Of a stretch of 64,000 nucleotides of DNA, positions 28,968 to 37,454 are shown one piece after another. The first letter of the stretch is position 1, and every line of letters starts with the position of its first letter. Position numbers and translations under genes: made by a program. The stretch is from Myxococcales bacterium (GTDB taxonomy: Bacteria; Myxococcota_A; UBA9042; JABWCM01; BTVJ01): positions 1 to 64,000 of the forward strand of contig BTVJ01000044.1 in the NCBI GenBank assembly GCA_045863395.1, in the 5' to 3' direction. The notes beneath the pieces are model-generated. The model searched no databases, had not been told where the DNA came from, and was given only the letters and a program-made list of their open reading frames with translations.

Positions 28968-30494
28968 GTGGGCCGGATCAACCGTGTCGTCGCGGTCGCC
29001 CTGGCGGCCTGCCTCGGGGCGGGCTGCGGGGTTCACACCACGGTCACCCGTCGGGAAGTCGAGACCGGAAGACGGGAGGAGGGTCGCACGACTTCCGCGA
29101 CGGCTCTGCTGGCGACCTGGGCCGATGCCGACGCACTGATGCTACGAGTCGAGGCTGAGGATACGTGCGAGCGCCGGGAGGTCGTCGTCTACGACGTGAC
29201 GCGAGTCGAAGAGCGCAAGGTCGGCGATGCGTTCGCCCTCAGTGTCGTGCTGGGCACGGTGCTCACCGGCGCTGGCGTGGGGTTGCTCGCCGCCGCACCC
29301 ACCTTCCCTGAGGAGCAATCGGAACGGAGGTTCACGGGAGGAGCGGACGGGTACAGCGGGGGCGACGAGTTCACTCAGACCCACGGCTACATCGTGGGCG
29401 GAGTCCTGACCGCCATCGGCGCTCCGTGGCTCATCGCCGCGACCGTGGATGGTTTTCGGGCCATCGACACCGAAACTCCCGAGGGGGAGTTGCTGAAGCC
29501 CGGAGACTGGGCAGCGTCCCGCTGCAACGCGAGGCTCGTCCCTCACGCCGCCTTCAACCTGATGCACGTCAGCGAGTTCTCAGGAAGTGGCGACCGGCCA
29601 GCCCTCGTCGAGAGCCTCACCACGGATGGAAACGGTACGGCTCGCCTGCCGCTGGACAAGCTCACCGAGGTAGCCATCCAGGCGAGTCCAAGCGGGACAC
29701 CGAAGTTGTGGATCGTCCGAGACGGCACCGGGGGCAACCACGGGGCGAAAGGGGTCAAGGCCGACATCGAGCTTCCGCCCGCGTTCCTTGCGGGACTCCA
29801 GGCTCGGCGTGAGCAGCACTGGGCGGACGTAATGAGCGGCCACCTCGGCCGTGCCCTCGCCGCAATCAAGAAGCGCGACTTCGCCACGGCGCGAGCCGAG
29901 ACCAAGGCGTGCGAGCGAGCGGCACCGGCGTCCCCCGAGCCATGTCGCGACGCCAACGGGCTGACCGACTGCGAAGAGATGATCGCCAAGTTCCCGGCGG
30001 CGGGTCGTGACGAGGAGACCTGGCAAGAGGTCGTCAGTGCGTGGGAGGCGATGGAGCGGCGGCGTAGCGGCCTCGCGGACAAGACCGGCCCGAGAACCGA
30101 GGGGTGCTACAAGCAGGCCGCTGCCCGCTTCCGGGGCCGGTATCAGCAGGCGATGGCGTTCATCAAGAGCTGGGAAGCGGATCGGCCGAACCGGCTGCGG
30201 CGCGAATGGAGGGCGGCAATCGGCCAGTGCATGGAGTTCAAACGGTGGTGGATCAGCTACGTGCGGCCCAAGCAGGTCGAGATCCTCCGGCTCCAAGCAC
30301 GAGGCGAGTATGACCGCGCCCGCGCCCTCACCGAGAGCGTGACGTTCCGCATCCAGGGAGAGGAGGGGCGGTTCAACCTCATCGCCGACAAGGTGCGGCG
30401 CATCATGGGCGAGATCCAGGACGAGGGGGCGTCCGAAGCCGAGATCCGCCGGATGGTTCGGGACGCTGAGCAGTGGTGCGTCCCCGCAAGCTGA
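28968..30494 (+). CDS. Putative membrane-anchored lipoprotein (start uncertain, 28911 or 28968)
   Basis: Lipobox LGAGC, two hydrophobic segments, helical C-terminus. Confidence 0.68.
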   Translation: MGRINRVVAVALAACLGAGCGVHTTVTRREVETGRREEGRTTSATALLATWADADALMLRVEAEDTCERREVVVYDVTRVEERKVGDAFALSVVLGTVLTGAGVGLLAAAPTFPEEQSERRFTGGADGYSGGDEFTQTHGYIVGGVLTAIGAPWLIAATVDGFRAIDTETPEGELLKPGDWAASRCNARLVPHAAFNLMHVSEFSGSGDRPALVESLTTDGNGTARLPLDKLTEVAIQASPSGTPKLWIVRDGTGGNHGAKGVKADIELPPAFLAGLQARREQHWADVMSGHLGRALAAIKKRDFATARAETKACERAAPASPEPCRDANGLTDCEEMIAKFPAAGRDEETWQEVVSAWEAMERRRSGLADKTGPRTEGCYKQAAARFRGRYQQAMAFIKSWEADRPNRLRREWRAAIGQCMEFKRWWISYVRPKQVEILRLQARGEYDRARALTESVTFRIQGEEGRFNLIADKVRRIMGEIQDEGASEAEIRRMVRDAEQWCVPAS

Positions 30495-30668
30495 GATCAT
30501 GGGCGAGGTGGCGGTCGGCTCAGGCGGTCTACGTGTACCAAGAACGTACCACGCCCGGCGTCATTCGCTGGCGACGACGGCACACGCTTGCGCTACTGGC
30601 ACACGCCAAGCCCTTGATTCGGAAGAACATCCACCTGCTGCTGGGTTTCGGCTCCGGCCCGCCACGAT

Positions 30669-30691
30669 TTCGACTCCCGGCGCCTCCACCA
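30669..30691 (+). repeat. Junction att site between elements 1 and 2 (tmRNA 3' fragment)
   Basis: TTCGACTCCCGGCGCCTCCACCA. Confidence 0.92.
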
Positions 30692-30729
30692 AACCCCTTC
30701 AATTTCAAGCACTTGCAGCACCAAAATCG

Positions 30730-30766
30730 GCTTGGGAAACGAAATTTCGGGTTTCGTTTCCCAAGC
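30730..30766. terminator. Perfect 15-bp inverted repeat (terminator and/or integrase arm sites)
   Basis: GCTTGGGAAACGAAA-N7-TTTCGTTTCCCAAGC between att and the int stop codon. Confidence 0.6.
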
Positions 30767-30787
30767 GGTGGTGCGCCTTTGCGCCGT

Positions 30788-31942
30788 TTATCGTTTCCCG
30801 CCACCGTCGGCCCCGCCCGCCTCGGGCAGCAGGGCGGCAGGCAAGCAGCCGTCGTGGACGACCGCCCCGATGTAGTGGCGGCGGGCCGTGGTGCCGTTGT
30901 CGGCGTGCCCCATCAGGTCGCCGATCTGGCCGTCCGACATCCGGCCGTGCTCGGCCATGAACGAGGCCCAGGTGTCCCGCAGCCCGTGGGCGCACACCAC
31001 CCGCACCGCCGCCAGCTTGCACACCTGCTTCACCCGCCGGTTCAGCCACTTCCGCTCGAACGCCTGGCCCGGGTTGCGGTTCGAGGGGAACACGAGCGCG
31101 GCGGCGGCCCGATCACGACAAAGCTCGACGAGGTCCTCCCGGACGGCGACGGGGAGATCCACGGTCCGGCGGCTGGCAGCCGTCTTCACGTCCCACTCGG
31201 CCTCGACCTCGTCCTCGTCGTCCTCGATCTCGCGAATCCAGATCCGCCCCATCGTGAAGTCCACGTCGGCCACCTGGAGGTGACGGACCTCGCCGGACCG
31301 GAGCCCGACGAGCAGCGGCAGCGACGTGGCGACCCGATCCTTGGGCTTGGGCAGCGCCAACGCGGCCCGGAGATACGCCGCCACCTCGTTGGCGTTGCGA
31401 AGCTGCGGCTTCCCCCGGCCCATCAGCTTCTTGGCCCGACGGTGCAGCCACGGCTTGAGCGCCGGGTCCACGAACTGGTCGGGGTGGTTCGGCAGGTGGC
31501 CCTTACGGACGCACCAGGCCAGGAACTCGTTGACGGCGGCGTAGCGGCTCGCCTGTGAGCGGAGCGCAAGGCCGGAGATCCGCTCAAGGTACGTCTGCAT
31601 CCAGGCCGGGTTGATCAGCCGAACCGGGGCGTCCGCAGCGGGCGCGACGAAGTAGCGGAGGTCACCGCCGGTACGCTCTTCGGTCCGGCTGCTCCCCCAG
31701 GCTCCGCTCCCCTGCTTCTCCTTGATGAACCTCTCGACGGCACCGCCCGCCGTGACGACCGTCTCGACCGGGATGCCGAGGTCGATCATGCACGCCTTCA
31801 CGAGGAGACGGGCTTCGGCCTCCGTCTCGGCGTAGTGCGGCGTTCTCGTACCGTCTTCAGCAACCTGGACAACTCGCCAGCGTCCTCGGCTTCCATCGTG
31901 GTAGGGGCCGAGGACACGGGCTCCGGCTCGTTTCCGGCCCAT
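30788..31942 (-). CDS. Tyrosine integrase
   Basis: GLRSGE, VKT, HGLR, LMGH, RHY. Confidence 0.92.
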   Translation of the reverse strand: MGRKRAGARVLGPYHDGSRGRWRVVQVAEDGTRTPHYAETEAEARLLVKACMIDLGIPVETVVTAGGAVERFIKEKQGSGAWGSSRTEERTGGDLRYFVAPAADAPVRLINPAWMQTYLERISGLALRSQASRYAAVNEFLAWCVRKGHLPNHPDQFVDPALKPWLHRRAKKLMGRGKPQLRNANEVAAYLRAALALPKPKDRVATSLPLLVGLRSGEVRHLQVADVDFTMGRIWIREIEDDEDEVEAEWDVKTAASRRTVDLPVAVREDLVELCRDRAAAALVFPSNRNPGQAFERKWLNRRVKQVCKLAAVRVVCAHGLRDTWASFMAEHGRMSDGQIGDLMGHADNGTTARRHYIGAVVHDGCLPAALLPEAGGADGGGKR

Positions 31943-32405
31943 ACGAACTCCCTCGCGGCGTCAGGTGCCGTGCCCCCATCAGTCCCGCCTCCGGTCAGAA
32001 GGCGAACCACGTCCGCCGCCACCCCGCCGTAGACGGCCGCTTGGGCCAAGCTCACGGCGAGCGGGCAGGCGTCGGTGAGGGGAACAACGGTGTGCTCGGG
32101 CTCGGCGCTGGCCGTGCCCTTCGACGTGTCTCTTTGCTTGGTGTAGGTGCGTCCCATGCCGCACCTACCCGACTGGGGAACTGGTGAACCCCCGGGCACA
32201 ACGTCCAGCGCCAAGTTGTGGAGGTTGACCATGCCGCCACTACGGGCGGCCAGATGGGGTTGAGCCCCGGCGGGGACGGTTGGCGGAAGTTGTGTGGGGG
32301 CTGGACGAGCGGGCGACCGCCGGTTCTTGAGCGTTCAGGGGGACGGCAAGGGCTGCCGTCCCCACGCTCCAGCCTTACCGCCTGGAACTCGGCGTCGTCG
32401 GCGAC

Positions 32406-32699
32406 CTACTTGCCGCCGTCCCATGTCCATCCGATGACGCCCCGCTGCTCGGCCACTCGCCGCAGGACCGCCGCAAGGATCATCTCCAAGGCGCCGTACT
32501 CGTCCTCGGGTCCGTCCATGTCGAGGTCCTGAGCCTCCATGAACTCCCGGAGCCCCATGAGCGAGTAGGTCCCCATCGTCCGCCGTGTGACCAGGTAGTC
32601 GATCACCCTGTCCGCCGTCATGCCGGCCCAGCCGGCAAAGGCCATCAGGGTTTCGATCTCGTCGATGCGCTGCCGTGTCTCCATCTCGGAGTACATCAT
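32406..32699 (-). CDS. Hypothetical protein
   Basis: Strong AGGAG RBS and protein-like composition. Confidence 0.6.
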   Translation of the reverse strand: MMYSEMETRQRIDEIETLMAFAGWAGMTADRVIDYLVTRRTMGTYSLMGLREFMEAQDLDMDGPEDEYGALEMILAAVLRRVAEQRGVIGWTWDGGK

Positions 32700-33183
32700 C
32701 TGCTCTGCTCTCCTCCTCTCCCCAGCAGGGGAGATGCGTGAGCACCGCCGCCGTGATCATGTAGTGGGGCGCCGGTGCTGGTCGTTGTCGCCGCGCTGTC
32801 CCTCCGGCAAGAGGTGCCCCCCGGGGTTGCCGCCCCGGGAGGCCGACCAGCACGGTCGTGCCCGGTCTACGCAACTGGGGATTTGGTGAGGCCCCCGCCG
32901 GGCGAGCCGATGGTGACTTCGCGCTGGAGGATCGGCTTGAGCCCTGCCGAGGACGGTTGGGGAAAACTCGGTTGAAAAATGTGTACGGGTTGAGTTCGCC
33001 GATCACGGGTCCCGATCCGGGCCGATTCGGTTTTTCAATCGGTGCTGCCACCGTTCAGAAGAACCTGACCGCCTCCGATTCTTTCTCCAGCCCCTCGATC
33101 CGCCCGCCAGGAGAAAGTTCCGCGATTCTCCGGGCTCAGGCCGGCACGGCTCTCCGTAGTGACCTCGTCGAGGAGGTCACGCC

Positions 33184-33828
33184 GTGCCGTCGCCATCAGC
33201 CACCACGTCCACACCCAGCAACCCGAGGGTGGCGCTCTACGCCCGCGTCTCGACGAGCGGCCACGGCCAGGACGTGGGCCTCCAACTTGATGAGCTTCGC
33301 CAAGTGGCCCGGCAGCGCGGGTGGAAGGTCGTCGAGGAGTTCATCGACGAGGGGATCAGCGGCGCCGCTACATCGCGCCCCGCGCTCGACCGGATGCTGG
33401 AGCAGGCCCGCTGGGGACGCCTCGACCTCGTGGTCGTCTGGAAGCTCGACCGCCTCGGACGCAGCCTCCAGCACCTCCTGTCCATCCTCGACGAGCTACA
33501 GCACCTCGGCGTCGGGTTCGTGTCCGTGAGGGACAGCGGGATCGACACGACCTCTGCCACCGGCCGCCTGCTCCTGCATCTCCTGGCGGCGTTCGCCGAG
33601 TACGAGAAGGCCCTCATCCAGGAGAGGGTAGTCGCCGGTGTTCGCCGTGCTCAGTCCCAGGGCACGCACTGCGGCCGACCTGTGGTGGACCTCGACCTCC
33701 GTCCCGCCGTGTCGATGCTCAACTCCGGGTACGGCTTGAAGGCCATCAGCAAGTGCCTCGGCGTCAGCAGGGCGACGCTGCGACGGCGCCTTGAGGAAGC
33801 CGGAGAGTGGCCTCGGCAAGCAGCGTGA
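33184..33828 (+). CDS. Small serine recombinase; paralog of 18748-19398
   Basis: YARVST, DEGISG, WKLDRLGRSLQHL. Confidence 0.93.
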   Translation: MPSPSATTSTPSNPRVALYARVSTSGHGQDVGLQLDELRQVARQRGWKVVEEFIDEGISGAATSRPALDRMLEQARWGRLDLVVVWKLDRLGRSLQHLLSILDELQHLGVGFVSVRDSGIDTTSATGRLLLHLLAAFAEYEKALIQERVVAGVRRAQSQGTHCGRPVVDLDLRPAVSMLNSGYGLKAISKCLGVSRATLRRRLEEAGEWPRQAA

Positions 33829-33835
33829 AGTCGGA

Positions 33836-34528
33836 CTACAGGCCGGAGGAGGCCCGGATGAAGGCCGTGTAGTCGGGCCAACGCCACCTGTAGAACTCGG
33901 TCCGGGTCCCGGTCATCGTCGGCTGGTGGACGAAGGGGAAGAACCGCCGCCCGATGGTGCTGTGGTCGGAGTCCAGCATGACGCACGGCTTCGGCCCTCG
34001 TCTCTTCCAGCCGTCGCGCCATCCCCAGTAGTGCTTCATCTCCTGCGGGTGCTCAGGCTTGATGAGCGCCTTCAACACGGGCTCCCCGAGGCTGATGACC
34101 ACGGCCTCGGGGAAGGCGTCCAATTCTCGACGAAGCAGCGGCAGCCAGGCGGGAGCCGTCTCCACGAGGACATCTCGGCCCGTTCGCTTCAGGATCGTCG
34201 TCGGCGGGTCCGAGAAGAACCCCTTCGCAAGGTTCGTGGCGTAGACGTTGGCGTCGAGGTCGATGCCGAGGTCGGAGCACACACGCTCGATGAACGTCCG
34301 CAGAGATCCCTTGCGGTCGAGGTTCAAGACGGTCCGAACGGAGGCTCGGCTGCTGGCACGCTGCACGGTCGGGTCCTGGCCGATGATCACGACGCGGACT
34401 GGACCGCCGCCCACGAAGGGTCGGGGAATCGTGGTCGTACCCTCGATGAGCCCCGCGAACCGGGTGTCGTCGAACAACTGCTGCTGCACCGAGGCTGCAT
34501 CGGCGACGATCAGGTTGGTCAACTCCAT
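33836..34528 (-). CDS. Uracil-DNA glycosylase superfamily protein
   Basis: VVIIGQDP motif A, YATNLAK, VISLGE, C-terminal FVHQP. Confidence 0.7.
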   Translation of the reverse strand: MELTNLIVADAASVQQQLFDDTRFAGLIEGTTTIPRPFVGGGPVRVVIIGQDPTVQRASSRASVRTVLNLDRKGSLRTFIERVCSDLGIDLDANVYATNLAKGFFSDPPTTILKRTGRDVLVETAPAWLPLLRRELDAFPEAVVISLGEPVLKALIKPEHPQEMKHYWGWRDGWKRRGPKPCVMLDSDHSTIGRRFFPFVHQPTMTGTRTEFYRWRWPDYTAFIRASSGL

Positions 34529-35102
34529 CAAGGTCCTCGTCCTCCGAGCTTCGCCGAGGATGCGGGGCACCCGCTTCGACCGCAAGGTAAGGATGGGGTC
34601 CACAACCCACCGTCGCCGAGGGCCGCCGCTGACGGGTCCACAACCGGGGTTCACGGCTGTGGCGGGAACCATCTGGTTGTGGCCACGGTCACGAACGAGC
34701 ACGATCACCATCCCGACCGTGATCCTGACGATGACCATTGTGCCGATGACCATCTCGGCGACCATCGGGACCTTGTCGAAGACGGTGTCGCCGACGGTGG
34801 TGACCATCCCGATCTTGATCCCGACGGCACGAACATCACCCCGATGATGGTCTCGGCGAACATGGGCACCGTCTCGAAGATGGTGTCGCCGAGGGTCCCG
34901 ACCATCTCGACGATGGTGTCGCCCACGATCACCGTCTCGGCGATGGTGTCGATGACCTTGGCGTAGTTGTCGCCGACGATGCCGTTGGCCACAGTAAGGC
35001 AGTTGTCGCCGAAGGTGACGCCCTGCCGATCAGGTGTCGCCCGCCTGCCGAGCATCCAGAACCGCACGATCAGGATCGGGCGATGGTGAGGCGTCTACGA
35101 GA

Positions 35103-35950
35103 TCACCCGTCGAGATGGTCCAGCAGCGCGAACACGTCATCGGTGTTCCCGTTCTCGTCAACACCTTCCCGGGCGCGGGCGCCGGCAACAGCCCCGGCCA
35201 GGCCAAGGAGGCGTTCGCGGGCGACCTGGCACTCGGTCGGGTCCTGCTCGATCCCGAAGAACCGCCGGCCGGTCGTGGCCGCCTCGACGCCGGTGCCCAG
35301 GACCCCGATCCCGGTCGTGCCCGAGCCGCAGTAGGGGTCGAGCACGATGCCATCGGAGGGGCACACGATGTCGGCCAACCACCGCATCAGGGCCTCCGGC
35401 TTCTGCGTCGGGTGTCCAGTGCTTCGGATGCTGCTGCGGGCGTCGGTGCTGCCGGTCCACACGTTGGAGATCGTGCCGGCGTAGCCGCCCCTGGAGTTCA
35501 TCGGCCAGTGAAGCACCCTCCCGGGCTTCCGGGCGAAGACCGCGACCTCGACCCCGTTGGTGAAGTTCGCCCTCGGACAGTGGGGCGGCCCGGACTTGAC
35601 CCAGTAGAGGGGCCGCAGCGGGCGGAGGCCCACATCCCGCAGGGCATCACGCACGGTGGTGATGGCGAAGGCGTCCACGAACGTGATGAGGGCGGCGCCT
35701 CGCTTCAGGACGCGGGCGGCCTCGGTGATCCAGTCGAGCGGCATCTGCTTGTCCCACTCGATGTCGAACTCCTCGATGCGCCGGCTACCCCGGATCGCGA
35801 CCTTGCTGGCGTCGGCGGTGCGTAGGGACGGTCCGTCATCATCGCGTCGATGTAGGCGTCGGGGAGGCGCCGCATCACCTCGACGGCGTCACCGTTGACG
35901 ACAACCCAGCCGCCAGGATCGCGGGGCAAGATGTTGGTGTCGTTTGGCAT
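35103..35950 (-). pseudogene. N4-C/N6-A DNA methyltransferase (beta class), frameshifted
   Basis: GDAVEVM..TDRPY, then a frameshift near 35820; HPTQKP and VLDPYCGSGTT in the downstream frame. Confidence 0.8.
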
Positions 35951-36205
35951 CGGGCACCTCCGGCGTGGGTTACCCAGCTACTACGCCCGCGTCCCGAGTT
36001 CTGAGCCCGAGGTCCGAAGAAATGGGCGATGACGGTTGCCGGTTTCAGCGGCCCGCCCCCAGGAAGGAATCGCTCTTTGCGTGTAGGTTCGACTTCTCGC
36101 GACGGTACTCGGTGTCGTTGACCGGCTCGTGGTCGAGTCATCGGTCGCCGAGGGGCTGCCAAACGGTCGAAACGGTGCACAACCCCCACCGTTCCTCCAT
36201 GAACC

Positions 36206-37384
36206 CTACTCCGCCAGGAAGGCATCCAGGGCCGCCTGCATCTCGTCCACCTCCTCAGCCAGGGACTTCGTCCGCGACGACTGCGGGGGTGCCTTGGCGC
36301 TCGTCGGCGGCTCCACCGCCGGTGCCGGTGAAGCGGGGGCGGTCCCCGCCGCTTCCATCAGCACGAGTCGGGGTGTCGTCCGCCGCTCGACCGGGAACCC
36401 GTGCTCGTCCGACTCCATCACCGACAGCCCCCGCGCCTTGCAGGGCGGCCTCTGCCCCGACAGCCGGGCCTCGGCGCTGGCGATCATCTCGTCCAGCCAG
36501 CGGCTCGGCTGGTGCGCCTCCGTGAACTTGCCGGCCGCCCGCATCTGGTCCCGTAGCGCCTTGGCTTCCGCAATGGTGGCGTTCGACCAACGGGGGAGGA
36601 TCTTCGCGAGCATCCAGTCTCCCGGCCGAGTATCGGGGTCGAGGACCCACCCGTCCCACCTGCTATCGCTGATCGCCTTGAGTTTGGCCTTGAGCTTCGA
36701 CTTGTACTTCTCTGCTCCGGGCTGGTAGCCCACCAACCCCTTGCGCTCCAACAGGTAGTAGGGGGCCACGACGAAGTCCACCGTGGAAGTCCGGTCCATC
36801 TCGCCGGTCTTCGGGTTCTTGAGCTTGATCCCCATCGTGGCGTAGGGCACGTCTGTCCAGTGGGGCACCTTCCAGGTCACCAGGTGTTCGTGGATCACGG
36901 TCTCCACTGCCGAACGAACGATGCAACCGTCCGCCATGACGTGGTGGGCCGCATCGCGCCTCGTGAACTTCGTCACGTCCCGGCCGCCTTCGTCCTGTTC
37001 CAAGGCGGTGTCGAAGGTCCGGTGTGGCATGGGGTACGGGCTCTTCCGCTCCGGGGTCTTGGCCTTCTTGAGGTGGATGTTCGTCCAGCAGACCTGATAG
37101 TGGTTCGGGTGAGGTCCGGGCTGCGGGACGACCTGGACAACGCCCATCTCCTCCAAGTCGTCGAGCGATCGGGATACGGTGCTCTCGTGCACGCCTGCCT
37201 CGGTGGCGATGGTGCTTCTCGACGGGTGGCACGAGTCGGGGAACCTCCGATGGTAGTTCCAGATCACCGCCAGGACGGCCTTGGCGGCGCTCGGGATCTG
37301 CGCCCAGACGCCGGCCTCGACGAGTTCGGCCATCGGGAACGATGACGGGGAGTGCGGGATGTTGATGCGGGTCTCGTCGGTCAA
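36206..37384 (-). CDS. wHTH (Rep-like) protein with C-terminal restriction-endonuclease-fold-like domain
   Basis: CHPSRSTIATEAGVHESTVSRSLDDLEEMG; VRSAVE..VDFVV..LLERKG. Confidence 0.65.
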   Translation of the reverse strand: MTDETRINIPHSPSSFPMAELVEAGVWAQIPSAAKAVLAVIWNYHRRFPDSCHPSRSTIATEAGVHESTVSRSLDDLEEMGVVQVVPQPGPHPNHYQVCWTNIHLKKAKTPERKSPYPMPHRTFDTALEQDEGGRDVTKFTRRDAAHHVMADGCIVRSAVETVIHEHLVTWKVPHWTDVPYATMGIKLKNPKTGEMDRTSTVDFVVAPYYLLERKGLVGYQPGAEKYKSKLKAKLKAISDSRWDGWVLDPDTRPGDWMLAKILPRWSNATIAEAKALRDQMRAAGKFTEAHQPSRWLDEMIASAEARLSGQRPPCKARGLSVMESDEHGFPVERRTTPRLVLMEAAGTAPASPAPAVEPPTSAKAPPQSSRTKSLAEEVDEMQAALDAFLAE

Positions 37385-37454
37385 GGGTCACCTCCTGACC
37401 GCCACCGTACCCACGAGGAGGGGCGCAGGATGCGCCCCTAAGAAAGCGACGTAA

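Larger units (their letters stand above)
16811..30690. mobile_element. Integrative element 1 (~13.9 kb) at ssrA, with satellite/IME-like architecture
   Basis: 22-bp direct repeats at both ends; integrase next to att; xis, resolvase, ParB and primase-DUF3987; no capsid or T4SS genes seen. Confidence 0.9.

Noticed and set aside
26306..30494. Integron cassette array of lipoproteins
   Set aside because: No attC-like GTTRRRY/RYYYAAC repeats seen between the genes, and neither integrase shows IntI features.
30669..30691. Additional tRNA/tmRNA genes here and at 60681
   Set aside because: Only T-arm/acceptor 3' fragments are present, so these are att duplications.
31798..32232. Excisionase upstream of the element 2 integrase
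   Set aside because: A short HTH-like stretch (VSLAQAAVYGGV) follows the promoter motif, but the frame loses resemblance and overlaps int; possibly a relic, not supportable as a gene.
32940..33120. Invertible segment controlled by the serine recombinases
   Set aside because: AT-richer imperfect inverted repeats upstream of the resolvase fit a res site, but no paired inverted crossover sites flanking a segment were found.
34700..35045. CRISPR array
   Set aside because: Repeats are short, degenerate and irregularly spaced, with no unique spacers; no cas operon (the Cas4-like nuclease is 30 kb away).
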